A stretch of DNA of 64,000 bases from positions 96,001 to 160,000 of IMG/VR virus record IMGVR_UViG_3300023174_003073; one strand, written 5' to 3'. The DNA is from a virus. The notes under the pieces are model-generated. The model saw only the letters and a program-made list of their open reading frames with translations. It was not told the origin of the DNA and did not search any database. This document shows positions 8,847 through 18,464 of the stretch, in pieces; positions within the stretch are counted from its first letter, which is position 1, and each line of letters starts with the position of its first letter. Both the position numbers and the translations under genes were made by a program.

Positions 8847-9713
8847 TTATGCTCTCAGTACTGGGGGAATACCCGCACGACTTATTTTACTTCCTAATTT
8901 CTTAGCATTCTGTTGCATTGTAAATGGAGTGATATCTACTGTTAATGCAGTCATCCAACGTCTATCATTCTTCTGACTTGGACTTGGAATATATCCACTA
9001 GACTCAGGCAAACTTAATCGTTGACTATGCAATAATTGTAATTTCTCGTATAATTTCTTAATTATACCTTTATTGCGTAATGCTTTAAATGCGATATTCT
9101 CAGGGCCAAATTCGCCATGAAAATCTAATCCAATTTTTCTGTATTTTTTAATGGTCTTGATTATTTTACTAATCTTTTCTGAATCATTCGACTTTAATGC
9201 ATACTGCGCTAATTTATATAGTTTACGATATTTTAATTTAGTTGCTAACTGGTCAAAGTCTGCTTTGCGTTTTCTTGGTAATTTCAACCATTTATCATTC
9301 ATTACTGAATATTCACCAAGACTGATTACGGGTTCGTTGCTATCCTGTACATATAATTCTACTTCATATCCATTAATTAATATATCGTGGCTATCATTAT
9401 AAACTGTCTTTTTAGCGTCAAATAATTCACGGTAAACATCATCTTCACTAAATTGTGAAATATCTACTAATATGTGTAAATCAATGTCGCTTAACTCAGT
9501 ATAGCTATAGGCTGCATTACTTCCAGAGACTGTGATATCTTCTATGGCTAAATCTGGTAATCCTAGATGTTCTATGAAGTCATTAGCAATCAATAATAGT
9601 TGCTCTCTGACATATCCTTTCATGTTATCCCCGTCAAATATGGCAGGATTTAGATGTTCATGGAAACGAACCGCGTCGGACATTTTAAAACTGTTTAACT
9701 CATTAAATTGCAT
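8847..9713 (-). CDS. Pol-beta-superfamily nucleotidyltransferase
   Basis: VSGSNAAYSYTELSDIDLHI (GS-x-DxD) and VELY; perfect TATAAATA 4 nt upstream of the ATG. Confidence 0.75.
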   Translation of the reverse strand: MQFNELNSFKMSDAVRFHEHLNPAIFDGDNMKGYVREQLLLIANDFIEHLGLPDLAIEDITVSGSNAAYSYTELSDIDLHILVDISQFSEDDVYRELFDAKKTVYNDSHDILINGYEVELYVQDSNEPVISLGEYSVMNDKWLKLPRKRKADFDQLATKLKYRKLYKLAQYALKSNDSEKISKIIKTIKKYRKIGLDFHGEFGPENIAFKALRNKGIIKKLYEKLQLLHSQRLSLPESSGYIPSPSQKNDRRWMTALTVDITPFTMQQNAKKLGSKISRAGIPPVLRA

Positions 9714-9717
9714 ATAG

Positions 9718-9725
9718 TATTTATA
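9718..9725 (-). promoter_or_regulatory. T4-type late promoter TATAAATA (leaderless transcript)
   Basis: Exact T4 gp55 consensus 4 nt before the ATG; no RBS. Confidence 0.7.
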
Positions 9726-9726
9726 T

Positions 9727-9761
9727 AAAAAAAATGGCTACCACGGTTTGCGGTAGCCATT
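9727..9761 (-). terminator. Rho-independent terminator
   Basis: AATGGCTACCGC-AAACC-GTGGTAGCCATT followed by a T run. Confidence 0.85.
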
Positions 9762-9780
9762 GTAATAGAGTTTATTTCTA

Positions 9781-10722
9781 TTATTGTGCTTGATTTGCGG
9801 CTTGTTGTGCGGCTTCAGCTTGTTTTTTCTGTAACTCTTGCAGGTACATAGGACCGATTGTGTCCATCAGATGTTGTTGATTTTCCATACAGAATACATA
9901 GCTACCGCTATGACGCAATAGAACACGTTTGTCAACATAGATTTTACCACCTAGGTCACGCCAGTTTTCACAGAATGTCCAGTCTTCACTATAGTAACGA
10001 TTCTGACGAACTGCTGTGTCAAAGTATGTCTTTAAGTGAGCATCATACTTTGGATCTAGACCAATGTCATTCTTGTATTGCTTAACAGCAGGGTGTGCTT
10101 TAAGTTTCTCAAATACATGTTTCTTCATTAACAAGAATCCAGTACCTGCTTTACTTACTTCTTGGAATCCATCTGGTCCTTCTTCTGCACCTTCGAATCC
10201 ATTAACTACCCACTTGATAGGCATAGTCTTCATTGGGTACAATCCACCGATAACATCTACGTCACGGTTGAGTAAAACTAACAAGTGCCATGGTTCCCAA
10301 CCAATATCAGCATCAACAAAGAATAAATGTGTTGCGCCTTCTTGTTCTAAGAACTTAGCAGTTAGTGTATTACGGGCACGTGAAATCAAAGACTCGTTTA
10401 CCATTGTTTCTAATGTCCAGTCAATACCAAGTTGACGGGCTGTATTAGCCCACTTGATAAATGACATGAAAGTTGATTCAGTCAACATACCACCATAGCA
10501 TGGCATAGCGATATGTACTTTAGTTGTTTTTAGAAAATCAACATTGACTTGAATTTGTCCTGCTTGAGCCGCTTGTTGTTGCTGGGCTAGTTGTTGAGCA
10601 GCCGCTTGTTCAGCAATTTCTTGTACTTTTTCTACAGGAACTGTCTTGGGTTCTTTAGTAGCCTTAGTAGCTTTTACTGCTTTAGCTGGTGCTTTAGTTT
10701 CGGTTGTTTTTTTAGTTGCCAT
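9781..10722 (-). CDS. GT-A fold glycosyltransferase-like protein
   Basis: IAMPCYGG, ESLISRARN, LFFVDADI (DxD), GTGFLL and SEDWTFC motifs; K/A-rich N-terminus. Confidence 0.7.
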   Translation of the reverse strand: MATKKTTETKAPAKAVKATKATKEPKTVPVEKVQEIAEQAAAQQLAQQQQAAQAGQIQVNVDFLKTTKVHIAMPCYGGMLTESTFMSFIKWANTARQLGIDWTLETMVNESLISRARNTLTAKFLEQEGATHLFFVDADIGWEPWHLLVLLNRDVDVIGGLYPMKTMPIKWVVNGFEGAEEGPDGFQEVSKAGTGFLLMKKHVFEKLKAHPAVKQYKNDIGLDPKYDAHLKTYFDTAVRQNRYYSEDWTFCENWRDLGGKIYVDKRVLLRHSGSYVFCMENQQHLMDTIGPMYLQELQKKQAEAAQQAANQAQ

Positions 10723-10723
10723 T

Positions 10724-10765
10724 TGGTCCTCTTAAATGATGTAATTATTTACACACTGAGGACCA
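10724..10765 (-). promoter_or_regulatory. late promoter GTAAATA at the apex of an RBS-occluding hairpin (TGGTCCTC...GAGGACCA)
   Basis: 8-bp outer arms plus inner TGTAA/TTACA; the RBS GAGG lies in the 3' arm. Confidence 0.7.
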
Positions 10766-10772
10766 CCCCGAA

Positions 10773-11273
10773 TTATTTTTCTTCTAAATAATCTTGACTT
10801 TCTTCTAAGCGTTGGCCATACTTGTCTTTACCTAATGTATACCAGACCATATAGTCAGGATTTAAATTAGGATACTTTTGCATTAATCTGTCAATTAATG
10901 GTTGAACAGTTGAATATGGAATATTATGTGCAATATTCTGTACTTTACCCTCATGTTCTAGTTTTGGTGGTACATAGTATAAATTAACTTTAGTAGAGGG
11001 GTCTGTGAAATGAATCTTTGCTTCATCGACCTCTTGATGTCCTTCATCGGCTAATAATTTTTGCAATTCTTCATCATTAGCCAATTCCAAATCACTTACG
11101 TCATACTTGCCAGTACTAGCCAATTTATGAATTAATGCTTGACGTTCATCAAATCCTTCTTTCAATGCAACCTTCATTAGTTTCATTAATTTAAGTTTTT
11201 GTTGAGGACTAGCCTCCTTAATTAAAGGACGAATCTTTTTAATTTGTTCAGTAATTAATTTAGACTTAGACAT
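10773..11273 (-). CDS. hypothetical protein (possible internal head protein)
   Basis: ORF track; LITE, LKE, VDE and LEE sites. Confidence 0.6.
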   Translation of the reverse strand: MSKSKLITEQIKKIRPLIKEASPQQKLKLMKLMKVALKEGFDERQALIHKLASTGKYDVSDLELANDEELQKLLADEGHQEVDEAKIHFTDPSTKVNLYYVPPKLEHEGKVQNIAHNIPYSTVQPLIDRLMQKYPNLNPDYMVWYTLGKDKYGQRLEESQDYLEEK

Positions 11274-11274
11274 T

Positions 11275-11631
11275 TTAATAACACAATTTAATATAATTAA
11301 TTGTACCTTCAGTACGTGTTACAACTTTTGCTCTTACCCATGCAAAATTACCAGTAACATTAACAAAATTAACTGCAGGTGTTCCAACTGAACCACCGTT
11401 ATTGTTTCCCAATGTACATACTAGATTATATATCGGAAACCAATCTGTATCTAGTGTAGGATTTTCTACTAGTGTTCCTTGAACTACAACCGTACCCAAG
11501 AACCCACTTAACTTCCAAGTTAAAGTTTGTAATGTTTTACCGGCAACATAATAACTAGCACCGGGTTGTTTGTCCCCGGTAACTACTGTTATAGTCTGTG
11601 GTAATAGCGTGAGTGCAGTTGTTTGGCTCAT
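11275..11631 (-). CDS. hypothetical beta-rich structural protein
   Basis: ORF track; QGTL...DWF...NFAWVRAK pattern similar to 59427-60179. Confidence 0.6.
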   Translation of the reverse strand: MSQTTALTLLPQTITVVTGDKQPGASYYVAGKTLQTLTWKLSGFLGTVVVQGTLVENPTLDTDWFPIYNLVCTLGNNNGGSVGTPAVNFVNVTGNFAWVRAKVVTRTEGTINYIKLCY

Positions 11632-11798
11632 TATGCTCTTACAACCTCAACGACTATGGCGTCGCCAACTAACTCTTGTGCGACTTGTTCTAATGCTTGC
11701 TGGACATCATGGTTAGCTACGCTAGTAACTTCACCTTCACTGTCCTTAACGATTTTACTAAATTTGATGATTAATACATCTTCGACAATCTTTGCCAT
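11631..11798 (-). CDS. 55-aa hypothetical protein MAKIVEDVLIIKFSKIVKD...VVEVVRA
   Basis: Not in the ORF track. GGAG RBS, late promoter upstream, and TAATG overlap with the next gene. Confidence 0.75.
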   Translation of the reverse strand: MAKIVEDVLIIKFSKIVKDSEGEVTSVANHDVQQALEQVAQELVGDAIVVEVVRA

Positions 11799-11800
11799 GG

Positions 11801-11827
11801 TAAATACTCCATTATAGAGTATTTATC
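11801..11827 (-). promoter_or_regulatory. late promoter GATAAATA within hairpin TAAATACTC/GAGTATTTA that occludes the RBS
   Basis: 9-bp inverted repeat at 11801-11809 / 11817-11825. Confidence 0.7.
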
Positions 11828-11830
11828 ATT

Positions 11831-12535
11831 TTAAATTGACTCTGGACGCTTTTCTAGCGTGAATTTCCTAGAAATCATGTTAGTAAAGGTTAATGCAAAA
11901 ATAGTGATGAAACTCTCGTCATTATAGTCAATAAAATAGTGACTGCTACAATAACTGCGTTTCCAAGCTAACCAGCCCCCTAGACTAGGAGTTCCACTCT
12001 CAGTTAACCAATCACGTAATGATGGACTAGGAACAATTACAGTATTTGTACCCTTATATCGTTCAAACATATTCTGTAATTTCTTTGGGAAATCATCAGA
12101 AACACGCTTGCTTTTTAGATAGATACGATGCTTAAACTTAGGTTCTTCTACAAAATACTTTATACCTGTAGGGACGTTATCCTGCACTTCAGTATAATCA
12201 ACTATAAATCCTAATGTCTCTAGGCCTTTTAGGTAATTCAAATCATTAGAAAATACACTAGCAATATTGCCTTCAATTCTAATAGTTCCTTCACCCTTCT
12301 TCATTGCCTTTTTAAAAGCAGAGAATTTCACTAAGTCATCAGCATTTGCTGTTTTGATACTTTTGTTTGCTAGGATTCTTTTTTCAAAATCTTCTTTTTT
12401 TGAACTGTACGAACATAGATATGCACCAACCATATGTACTCTAGCACGATAAACATACTTGCTAAAATACAATGTTCTATATTCAATGAATCCTATTCCG
12501 TCACTGCGGATCTGTGATAACCGTGATAATGCCAT
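11831..12535 (-). CDS. hypothetical protein
   Basis: ORF track; overlaps the 3' end of clpA. Confidence 0.65.
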   Translation of the reverse strand: MALSRLSQIRSDGIGFIEYRTLYFSKYVYRARVHMVGAYLCSYSSKKEDFEKRILANKSIKTANADDLVKFSAFKKAMKKGEGTIRIEGNIASVFSNDLNYLKGLETLGFIVDYTEVQDNVPTGIKYFVEEPKFKHRIYLKSKRVSDDFPKKLQNMFERYKGTNTVIVPSPSLRDWLTESGTPSLGGWLAWKRSYCSSHYFIDYNDESFITIFALTFTNMISRKFTLEKRPESI

Positions 12536-14783
12536 CTTCGCCTACTTCTGCTTTAAGTTTAAGTTGAACATCAAAAACAATGTCCTCGTTTTCTAAATTA
12601 ACATTGATTGTACTACTTTTGATACGCTCAAACAAGATTTTCTTGCTTAGAGGTACCCTAATTAATTCGTCAATCTTTCTTGCTAGTGGGCGGGCTCCCA
12701 TTTTATTATCATAACCCTTTTCTGCTAGATACTCAACTACCGGTTCGCTTAAGTGTAATGAAATATCGTGTACATCTTTCAATGACTTCTTCAAGTCCTC
12801 AGCAAATTTGACAACAATCTTTTTGATTGCCAACATATCTAGTTTGCTGAACTTACATACCAAGTCAATACGATTTCTGAACTCTGGCTTAAAGAACTCT
12901 TTCAATGCTTTGTCATCATCTCCTGAACGTTCTTGGCTACCAAATCCAATAACATTACGTTCACTATCACTACTACCCAAGTTACTGGTCATGATAATAA
13001 TACAGTTTTTAGCATTGACTTCTTTACCATTGCTTCCTGTAACTCGACCTTCATCAAGCAACTGTAAGAAGATATTAAAGATATCTGGGTGAGCCTTTTC
13101 AACTTCATCAAACAATAATATTGAATGAGGATTCTTGCTTAAGTCATTAATCAATCGTCCACCACCTAGTGAACCTTCACCAAAGCCAACATAACCCGGG
13201 GGTGCGCCGATCAACGAACTAACGCTGAACTTCTCACCATACTCACTCATATCATACTTAAGTAGTTTCATGTCTAGGTTCTTAGACAGCAATTTAGCTA
13301 ATTCAGTCTTACCTGTACCAGTTGGGCCCAAGAATAAGAAACTTGCTAATGGTTTTTTCTCATTACCAATGCCTGCAAAACTAACATATACTCGTTCAAG
13401 TACTTTGTCAACTGTTTCTTCTTGTCCATATAGTTTTGATTTAACATTAGATTCAAGATTAACAATACGTTCAGAGTTATCATCTGTTAACTTGTCAGCA
13501 GGAACACCTGTGTATTTTTCAATCTGTTCAAAGACTGATTCTTTAGTAATGATTGCACCTTTGTTGTCTGCTACACGTTGTTTAGCACAAGCCGCATCTA
13601 ACAAATCAATACTCTTATCCGGATTCTTACGATCCTGAATGTAACGTGTTGCACCTTCAACAGCGGCTTCAATTGCTTCGTCTGTAATCTCTACGCTGTG
13701 GAAGTCATTCAATCGTACACTTAATCCTTTAAGAATACGCACAGTAGATTCACGACTTGGTTCATCAATAGACACACGATAGAATCTACGCATCAATGCA
13801 CGATCCTTTTCAAAGGATTCGTAATATTCTTCCCAAGTAGTACTAGCAATAACTTTCAATGTACCTTTAGTGATTGCAGGCTTAATCATGTTAGCAAAGT
13901 CTACTGCACCGTTTGTTGCACCACCTGCACCACGCATTGTATGTGCTTCGTCAATGAAAAGAATTGCATCTTTCTTAACGGTTAGTGCGTCAAGTACTGC
14001 TTTGACTTTTTCTTCAAAGTCACCTCGATACTTACTACCTGCTAACAAACTACCAATCTCTAAACTATAAAGTTCGTGACCTTTTAAGAATTCGGGTACT
14101 TCATCGTTGACAATCATTTGTGCTAGACCTTCAACGATTGCAGTTTTACCTACACCTGGATCACCGACAAGCAATACGTTTGACTTGAAACGCTTTGCGA
14201 GTACATTAACCATGTCATCAACTTCTTTACTACGACCAATCACAGGTTCTAATTTCTGTGCCTTAGCCATTTGTGTAAGATTGATAGTATATTCTTCTAG
14301 GATATCGTCTGCTTGTTCATCTGTCAACTTAACATCAGTATGTGAACCTTTATAATGTTTCTGCCAGAATGCAACAAACTCGTTCTTGACGAATCCATAC
14401 TTCAATAAGAAATATTGTGCGTGACTATTACCTTCAGCCATGATACTGAGATACAAGTCAATAGTTGTTACAACTTTACGACCAGTGAACAATACTTGTG
14501 TTACTGAACGATTCATTACACGCTCTAAACTATTAGTTTTGCGTGGTTGAATTTCTTGCCCTTCGTCTACTGAGGATGTGATTGAAGACAATCCATCTAG
14601 GTAAGAAATAACTTCTTTACCCATTGTGTCAGTATCGATGCCGTAGCTGTCGATACATTTCTTAAATGGTGCATAAGAAATTAATGCTAATAGTAAGTGT
14701 TCTACTGTGCAATATTGATGATTGCGTTGTTTGGCTAAATCAATTGCCTTTTCAATGATTGATTCAATTTCTGGTGAGTGCAA
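12501..14783 (-). CDS. clpA: ATP-dependent Clp protease ATP-binding subunit ClpA
   Basis: Clp N-domain (EHLLLAL), two AAA+ modules (GDPGVGKT, GPTGTGKT), IGF ClpP-docking loop, no ClpB middle domain; TTG start. Confidence 0.92.
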   Translation of the reverse strand: MHSPEIESIIEKAIDLAKQRNHQYCTVEHLLLALISYAPFKKCIDSYGIDTDTMGKEVISYLDGLSSITSSVDEGQEIQPRKTNSLERVMNRSVTQVLFTGRKVVTTIDLYLSIMAEGNSHAQYFLLKYGFVKNEFVAFWQKHYKGSHTDVKLTDEQADDILEEYTINLTQMAKAQKLEPVIGRSKEVDDMVNVLAKRFKSNVLLVGDPGVGKTAIVEGLAQMIVNDEVPEFLKGHELYSLEIGSLLAGSKYRGDFEEKVKAVLDALTVKKDAILFIDEAHTMRGAGGATNGAVDFANMIKPAITKGTLKVIASTTWEEYYESFEKDRALMRRFYRVSIDEPSRESTVRILKGLSVRLNDFHSVEITDEAIEAAVEGATRYIQDRKNPDKSIDLLDAACAKQRVADNKGAIITKESVFEQIEKYTGVPADKLTDDNSERIVNLESNVKSKLYGQEETVDKVLERVYVSFAGIGNEKKPLASFLFLGPTGTGKTELAKLLSKNLDMKLLKYDMSEYGEKFSVSSLIGAPPGYVGFGEGSLGGGRLINDLSKNPHSILLFDEVEKAHPDIFNIFLQLLDEGRVTGSNGKEVNAKNCIIIMTSNLGSSDSERNVIGFGSQERSGDDDKALKEFFKPEFRNRIDLVCKFSKLDMLAIKKIVVKFAEDLKKSLKDVHDISLHLSEPVVEYLAEKGYDNKMGARPLARKIDELIRVPLSKKILFERIKSSTINVNLENEDIVFDVQLKLKAEVGEDGIITVITDPQ

Positions 14784-14807
14784 AATGATTTCCTTTTAAA
14801 ATCTTAT

Positions 14808-15620
14808 TTAATTACCACGACTCTGCAAAATGCTAGCAGTTATCTTAGGATCTATTTTATCAGGAATAAATGGTTTAAGCAATATCAATTGGTCACCATT
14901 CCCTTGTTCATCCATGTGAGGGAGTCCTTGACCTGAAATACGCAGTGTAGTATCCGGTTGTGTTCCTGGCTTTACTTGAACTTGAAATGATTTTCCACTG
15001 ATAGTAACAAAGTCAAATGATGTACCCACAATCAAATCCAATACACTAATTCTATGTGGTGATATTAAATCTTGGCCTGCTCTGTCAAATCTTGGGTGAA
15101 CGTGAACTCTGAATTCAACGATAAGAACTCCTCCTGCAATCAGACCATCATATCTTAATTGAGCACCGTTTTCTACACCTTTTGGAATCTGAACTTTAAT
15201 TGTTTGTGGGCCGCCTTGACCTTGTATTTGCAATATTTGTTCACCACCTGTATAGACTTGGTCTAATGAAACCCAAATAGTTGTTTTAAATGTTTGTTGA
15301 AAGTGATGTCCAAAAGGACTACCACGTTGTCCACCAAACATTTGTCCAAATATATCATTGAAGTGCATGTCAAATCCACCACCACCTGCTGTAAAGTGAA
15401 AGCCACCGGGGCCTCTACCTTGACCAAACGGATTTGGATTGTCGTACTCTTGTTTCTTTTGTGGGTCGCTTAGTGTTTCATAAGCATTTTGAATCTTTTG
15501 AAACATAGCAGTATCACCACCCTTGTCCGGGTGATGTTGCCCTGCTAATTTGCGATATGCTTTTTTAATGTCATCAGGGGTAGCATTTCTGTCTACCCCC
15601 AGGGTTTGATAATGTTCCAT
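14808..15620 (-). CDS. dnaJ: DnaJ/CbpA-class co-chaperone (no Zn finger)
   Basis: J-domain with HPD, G/F-rich linker and DnaJ C-terminal domain. Confidence 0.9.
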   Translation of the reverse strand: MEHYQTLGVDRNATPDDIKKAYRKLAGQHHPDKGGDTAMFQKIQNAYETLSDPQKKQEYDNPNPFGQGRGPGGFHFTAGGGGFDMHFNDIFGQMFGGQRGSPFGHHFQQTFKTTIWVSLDQVYTGGEQILQIQGQGGPQTIKVQIPKGVENGAQLRYDGLIAGGVLIVEFRVHVHPRFDRAGQDLISPHRISVLDLIVGTSFDFVTISGKSFQVQVKPGTQPDTTLRISGQGLPHMDEQGNGDQLILLKPFIPDKIDPKITASILQSRGN

Positions 15621-15627
15621 AGTATTA

Positions 15628-15656
15628 AGTATAGCACAATTTGTGTGCTAAGTCAA
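15628..15656 (-). promoter_or_regulatory. sigma70-type promoter TTGACT-17-TATACT with an internal palindrome TAGCACA-N5-TGTGCTA
   Basis: -35 at 15651-15656, -10 at 15628-15633, ATG 7 nt downstream. Confidence 0.75.
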
Positions 15657-15659
15657 TAT

Positions 15660-16271
15660 TTATGAAGCTACGCCGGCTACCTTTTCTTTTGTACGACCAT
15701 ATGCGGCGATACCTAAAACTGCACCCATTGCGATGTGGTATAGACCAGCACCTTGCAGTGTTAATGGTTGCCATTGACTTGTAACTGAACCATGACTCAT
15801 TGCTTGTAGTACTGACCATAGTACTGGAAAAATAACAAAGTCACAGGTACACGTCAACATATAAATCCAACCCATCATTGGGCGCATTTTCTTGTTGATC
15901 CAATCTGTTGCACCTTTGTCTAATGCTACTGTGGATTCTCCACCTTCGCTCATTGCACCGCCGCCACTTTTTAGTGACTCTGCTTGATTTTGTGTTACTG
16001 TTACTGTGCTTGTCATGTTAGAACTTCCTTGATTAGTTGGTGGTGCCATCACTGATGGACCTTGTGCTCCTGGACTTACATTCCCAAAGCTACCAAAGCC
16101 ACTTGGTGCCGGTGCAGTACTCACTGTGTTACCACCTAACGGTGTGCTACCAAAACTGCTGCCTGCCGGGAATGCAGATACTGTTGGATCAGCCGCTAAT
16201 ATTTCGTGGTGATCGTCTGTTTTTGCTAATGGCATAGAGCCATCTGCTTTCTTTGCTAATAATGTTGCCAT
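15660..16271 (-). CDS. 3TM holin-like membrane protein with a long low-complexity N-terminus
   Basis: WINKKMRPMMGWIY...QWQPLTLQGAGLYHIAMGAVLG...GRTKEK (GTA-type 3TM holin family). Start moved to MATLL (16271). Confidence 0.65.
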   Translation of the reverse strand: MATLLAKKADGSMPLAKTDDHHEILAADPTVSAFPAGSSFGSTPLGGNTVSTAPAPSGFGSFGNVSPGAQGPSVMAPPTNQGSSNMTSTVTVTQNQAESLKSGGGAMSEGGESTVALDKGATDWINKKMRPMMGWIYMLTCTCDFVIFPVLWSVLQAMSHGSVTSQWQPLTLQGAGLYHIAMGAVLGIAAYGRTKEKVAGVAS

Positions 16272-16272
16272 T

Positions 16273-16845
16273 TTATAATCCTGCCTTTGCAATAAAATCT
16301 TTTAATAAACTATCTTTTTCTTTGTTCATCTTAGCTGGTTCTAATCCAGCTTGCTTACGCATTTCATTTAATTCTGCGTCAATGTTTTCTTCTTTTGATT
16401 CTTCTTCACCATCTTCTGGATTAGCTTGACGATAAGTATGAGGACTTAATTCAAATAATCCCTTTAACTCTGATACATCTGCACCGTATTCTTCTCCATC
16501 AACAGTGATTGTCCAATCAGCTAATGACATATTTGTTAATGTTTCTAAATCATCAAGTAATTCAATGATACGTTGAACTGATGAGGTACGTCTTGGAATC
16601 TCAACGAATACTAAACTCTTTCCAGGAGTATATTCACCGTCACTTACTTGTGCATCAAGTATCCAATCATATCCACGCTCAAACCAATCAACTAAATCTG
16701 TGCTAGCCGCATTACCTTTTACTTTGAATGCAAGTGTGATAATTTCATCATTACTACCAGACTTTGCTTCATATTCATCAATAGACAATGTAGGAATTAC
16801 TTGTCCAACCAAATCATGATAATCTAAATTTTCAAGTAGTCTCAT
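16273..16845 (-). CDS. hypothetical protein with an MRLLE N-terminus
   Basis: ORF track; acidic. Confidence 0.65.
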   Translation of the reverse strand: MRLLENLDYHDLVGQVIPTLSIDEYEAKSGSNDEIITLAFKVKGNAASTDLVDWFERGYDWILDAQVSDGEYTPGKSLVFVEIPRRTSSVQRIIELLDDLETLTNMSLADWTITVDGEEYGADVSELKGLFELSPHTYRQANPEDGEEESKEENIDAELNEMRKQAGLEPAKMNKEKDSLLKDFIAKAGL

Positions 16846-17471
16846 TACATTGCTCCTTGAGGAGGTGCCATTGGGGCAGGGGGCATACCACCCATTCCCA
16901 TATCAGGTTGACCCATACCTTGATCGGCTGGTGCTTCACCTTGTTCTTCTGTACCTTCTTTGTCTAGATCCTCATCATATGCTTCGTCTAAGTCATCTAG
17001 TTCAATTGTTTGTCCTGCCAAGTCAATACTACCTTCACGTACATCATTCATTAATTCTTTTGGAATCTCAATGCGTACTAACCATACTGGTTTTTCAATC
17101 ATCTTAGGATAATGTGTACCTGGTTCATAATCATCAGATCCTTCAATCTTAACCGGAACTTCAATCATAGTCTTTTTGAAATGTATTGAACATCCCAAGT
17201 GTGTTAATCTTTTGCCACCTCTTGGATCGGGCATTAGTTTTTCTGGATACATAAACACACAGGTTGTTGTGTATTTTTTAACAATAGGGCCGTTAACGAT
17301 TTCACCTAGCTCCCAATTTTTATAAGCATATAAGTCTGCTTCATCTAATACACGCTCAAAGTCAAGCAATGTATTAATGGTACCGTCGCTGGTGAAAATA
17401 CCCTTGATATTATCAATAATATTTGGATAATCTATATCTTTAAAAAAATCGTCAGATGGGAGTTTACTCAT
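16845..17471 (-). CDS. hypothetical late protein
   Basis: Start moved to MSKLP (17471), 5 nt after GATAAATA (17477-17484); acidic/Pro-Met tail. Confidence 0.65.
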   Translation of the reverse strand: MSKLPSDDFFKDIDYPNIIDNIKGIFTSDGTINTLLDFERVLDEADLYAYKNWELGEIVNGPIVKKYTTTCVFMYPEKLMPDPRGGKRLTHLGCSIHFKKTMIEVPVKIEGSDDYEPGTHYPKMIEKPVWLVRIEIPKELMNDVREGSIDLAGQTIELDDLDEAYDEDLDKEGTEEQGEAPADQGMGQPDMGMGGMPPAPMAPPQGAM

Positions 17472-17638
17472 AGTTGTATTTATCATTCTTGCAATGATAA
17501 TGAGCAATTAGATTTTTTGTGGATTAGCCTAATATTTATCCCCGATGTGTGCGCTAAAAGTATACTATATTGCGCGGGCCGTTTGACCTTAAATATACTT
17601 GAATGTTATGAGCATTCGGCTCTAAAAAGGAGAATATT

Positions 17639-18427
17639 TTGAGCAAACGCAAAACAAGTGCTTTACGCACTCAGGATCAAGATACTAGATACGCACACAG
17701 TAAAAAATACGATAACACACAGAAAACTTATTACACACAGGAATCAAAAACAATCAACTTTGACCAAAGTCGTCCTAAGCTGAACACTAAGCCCATTGTC
17801 ATGGTGCCTAAGTCAGTAAACCAAGAAAAATACATCCTCGCACTATTAGACCAAGAGACAGATATTGTCGTGGTCGGTGGACCTGCAGGAACAGGGAAGA
17901 CTTATCTTGCTATGTTAGCGGCTATTAAAGCACTAAAAGCAGGTGAAGTTTCTCGTATTATTCTCACACGACCTGCAGTTGGGGTAGATGATGAAAAGCA
18001 TGGCTTCTTACCAGGTGATCTAAATGCTAAGATGGAACCCTGGACAAGACCTTTGCTTGATGTATTGAGAGAATATTATACGGTAAAGGAAATCGCCCAC
18101 ATGCTAGAAGAACAGATAGTGGAAATTGCACCCCTAGCATTCTGTCGAGGTCGAAACTTTAAACATAGCTATATCGTATTAGATGAGGCTCAAAACGCAA
18201 CCCCTGGTCAACTCAAAATGATTATGACTAGAATCGGTATTGGCAGTAAGATTGTAATTACTGGCGACATTGAACAAGCCGATAGAAAAACAGCCGACAA
18301 TGGGCTACTAGACTTACAAAATCGATTGGGGAAGGGGGTGATTCCAGGGTTGCAGTTGTGTAACTTTGAACTGAAAGATGTTCAACGACACAAGATTATA
18401 GAGCACGTACTTAGATTGTACGCTTAA
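17639..18427 (+). CDS. phoH: PhoH-like ATPase
   Basis: GPAGTGKT, GFLPG, RGR, DEAQN, MTRIG and GDxxQxD motifs; AGGAG RBS with TTG start. Confidence 0.95.
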   Translation: MSKRKTSALRTQDQDTRYAHSKKYDNTQKTYYTQESKTINFDQSRPKLNTKPIVMVPKSVNQEKYILALLDQETDIVVVGGPAGTGKTYLAMLAAIKALKAGEVSRIILTRPAVGVDDEKHGFLPGDLNAKMEPWTRPLLDVLREYYTVKEIAHMLEEQIVEIAPLAFCRGRNFKHSYIVLDEAQNATPGQLKMIMTRIGIGSKIVITGDIEQADRKTADNGLLDLQNRLGKGVIPGLQLCNFELKDVQRHKIIEHVLRLYA

Positions 18428-18433
18428 CTAGGT

Positions 18434-18464
18434 TTAGGGATGCTCATAACATCCCTAATTTTTT
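18434..18464 (+). terminator. Rho-independent terminator after phoH
   Basis: TTAGGGATG-CTCATAA-CATCCCTAA followed by a T run. Confidence 0.8.

Noticed and set aside
15631-15651. Canonical CIRCE element
   Set aside because: It is 6 bp shorter than consensus and the inner TC/GA bases are missing; kept only as CIRCE-like.
17508-17638. Pho box or replication origin upstream of phoH
   Set aside because: No clear 11-bp-period CTGTCAT repeats or iterons; only late-like boxes and short palindromes.
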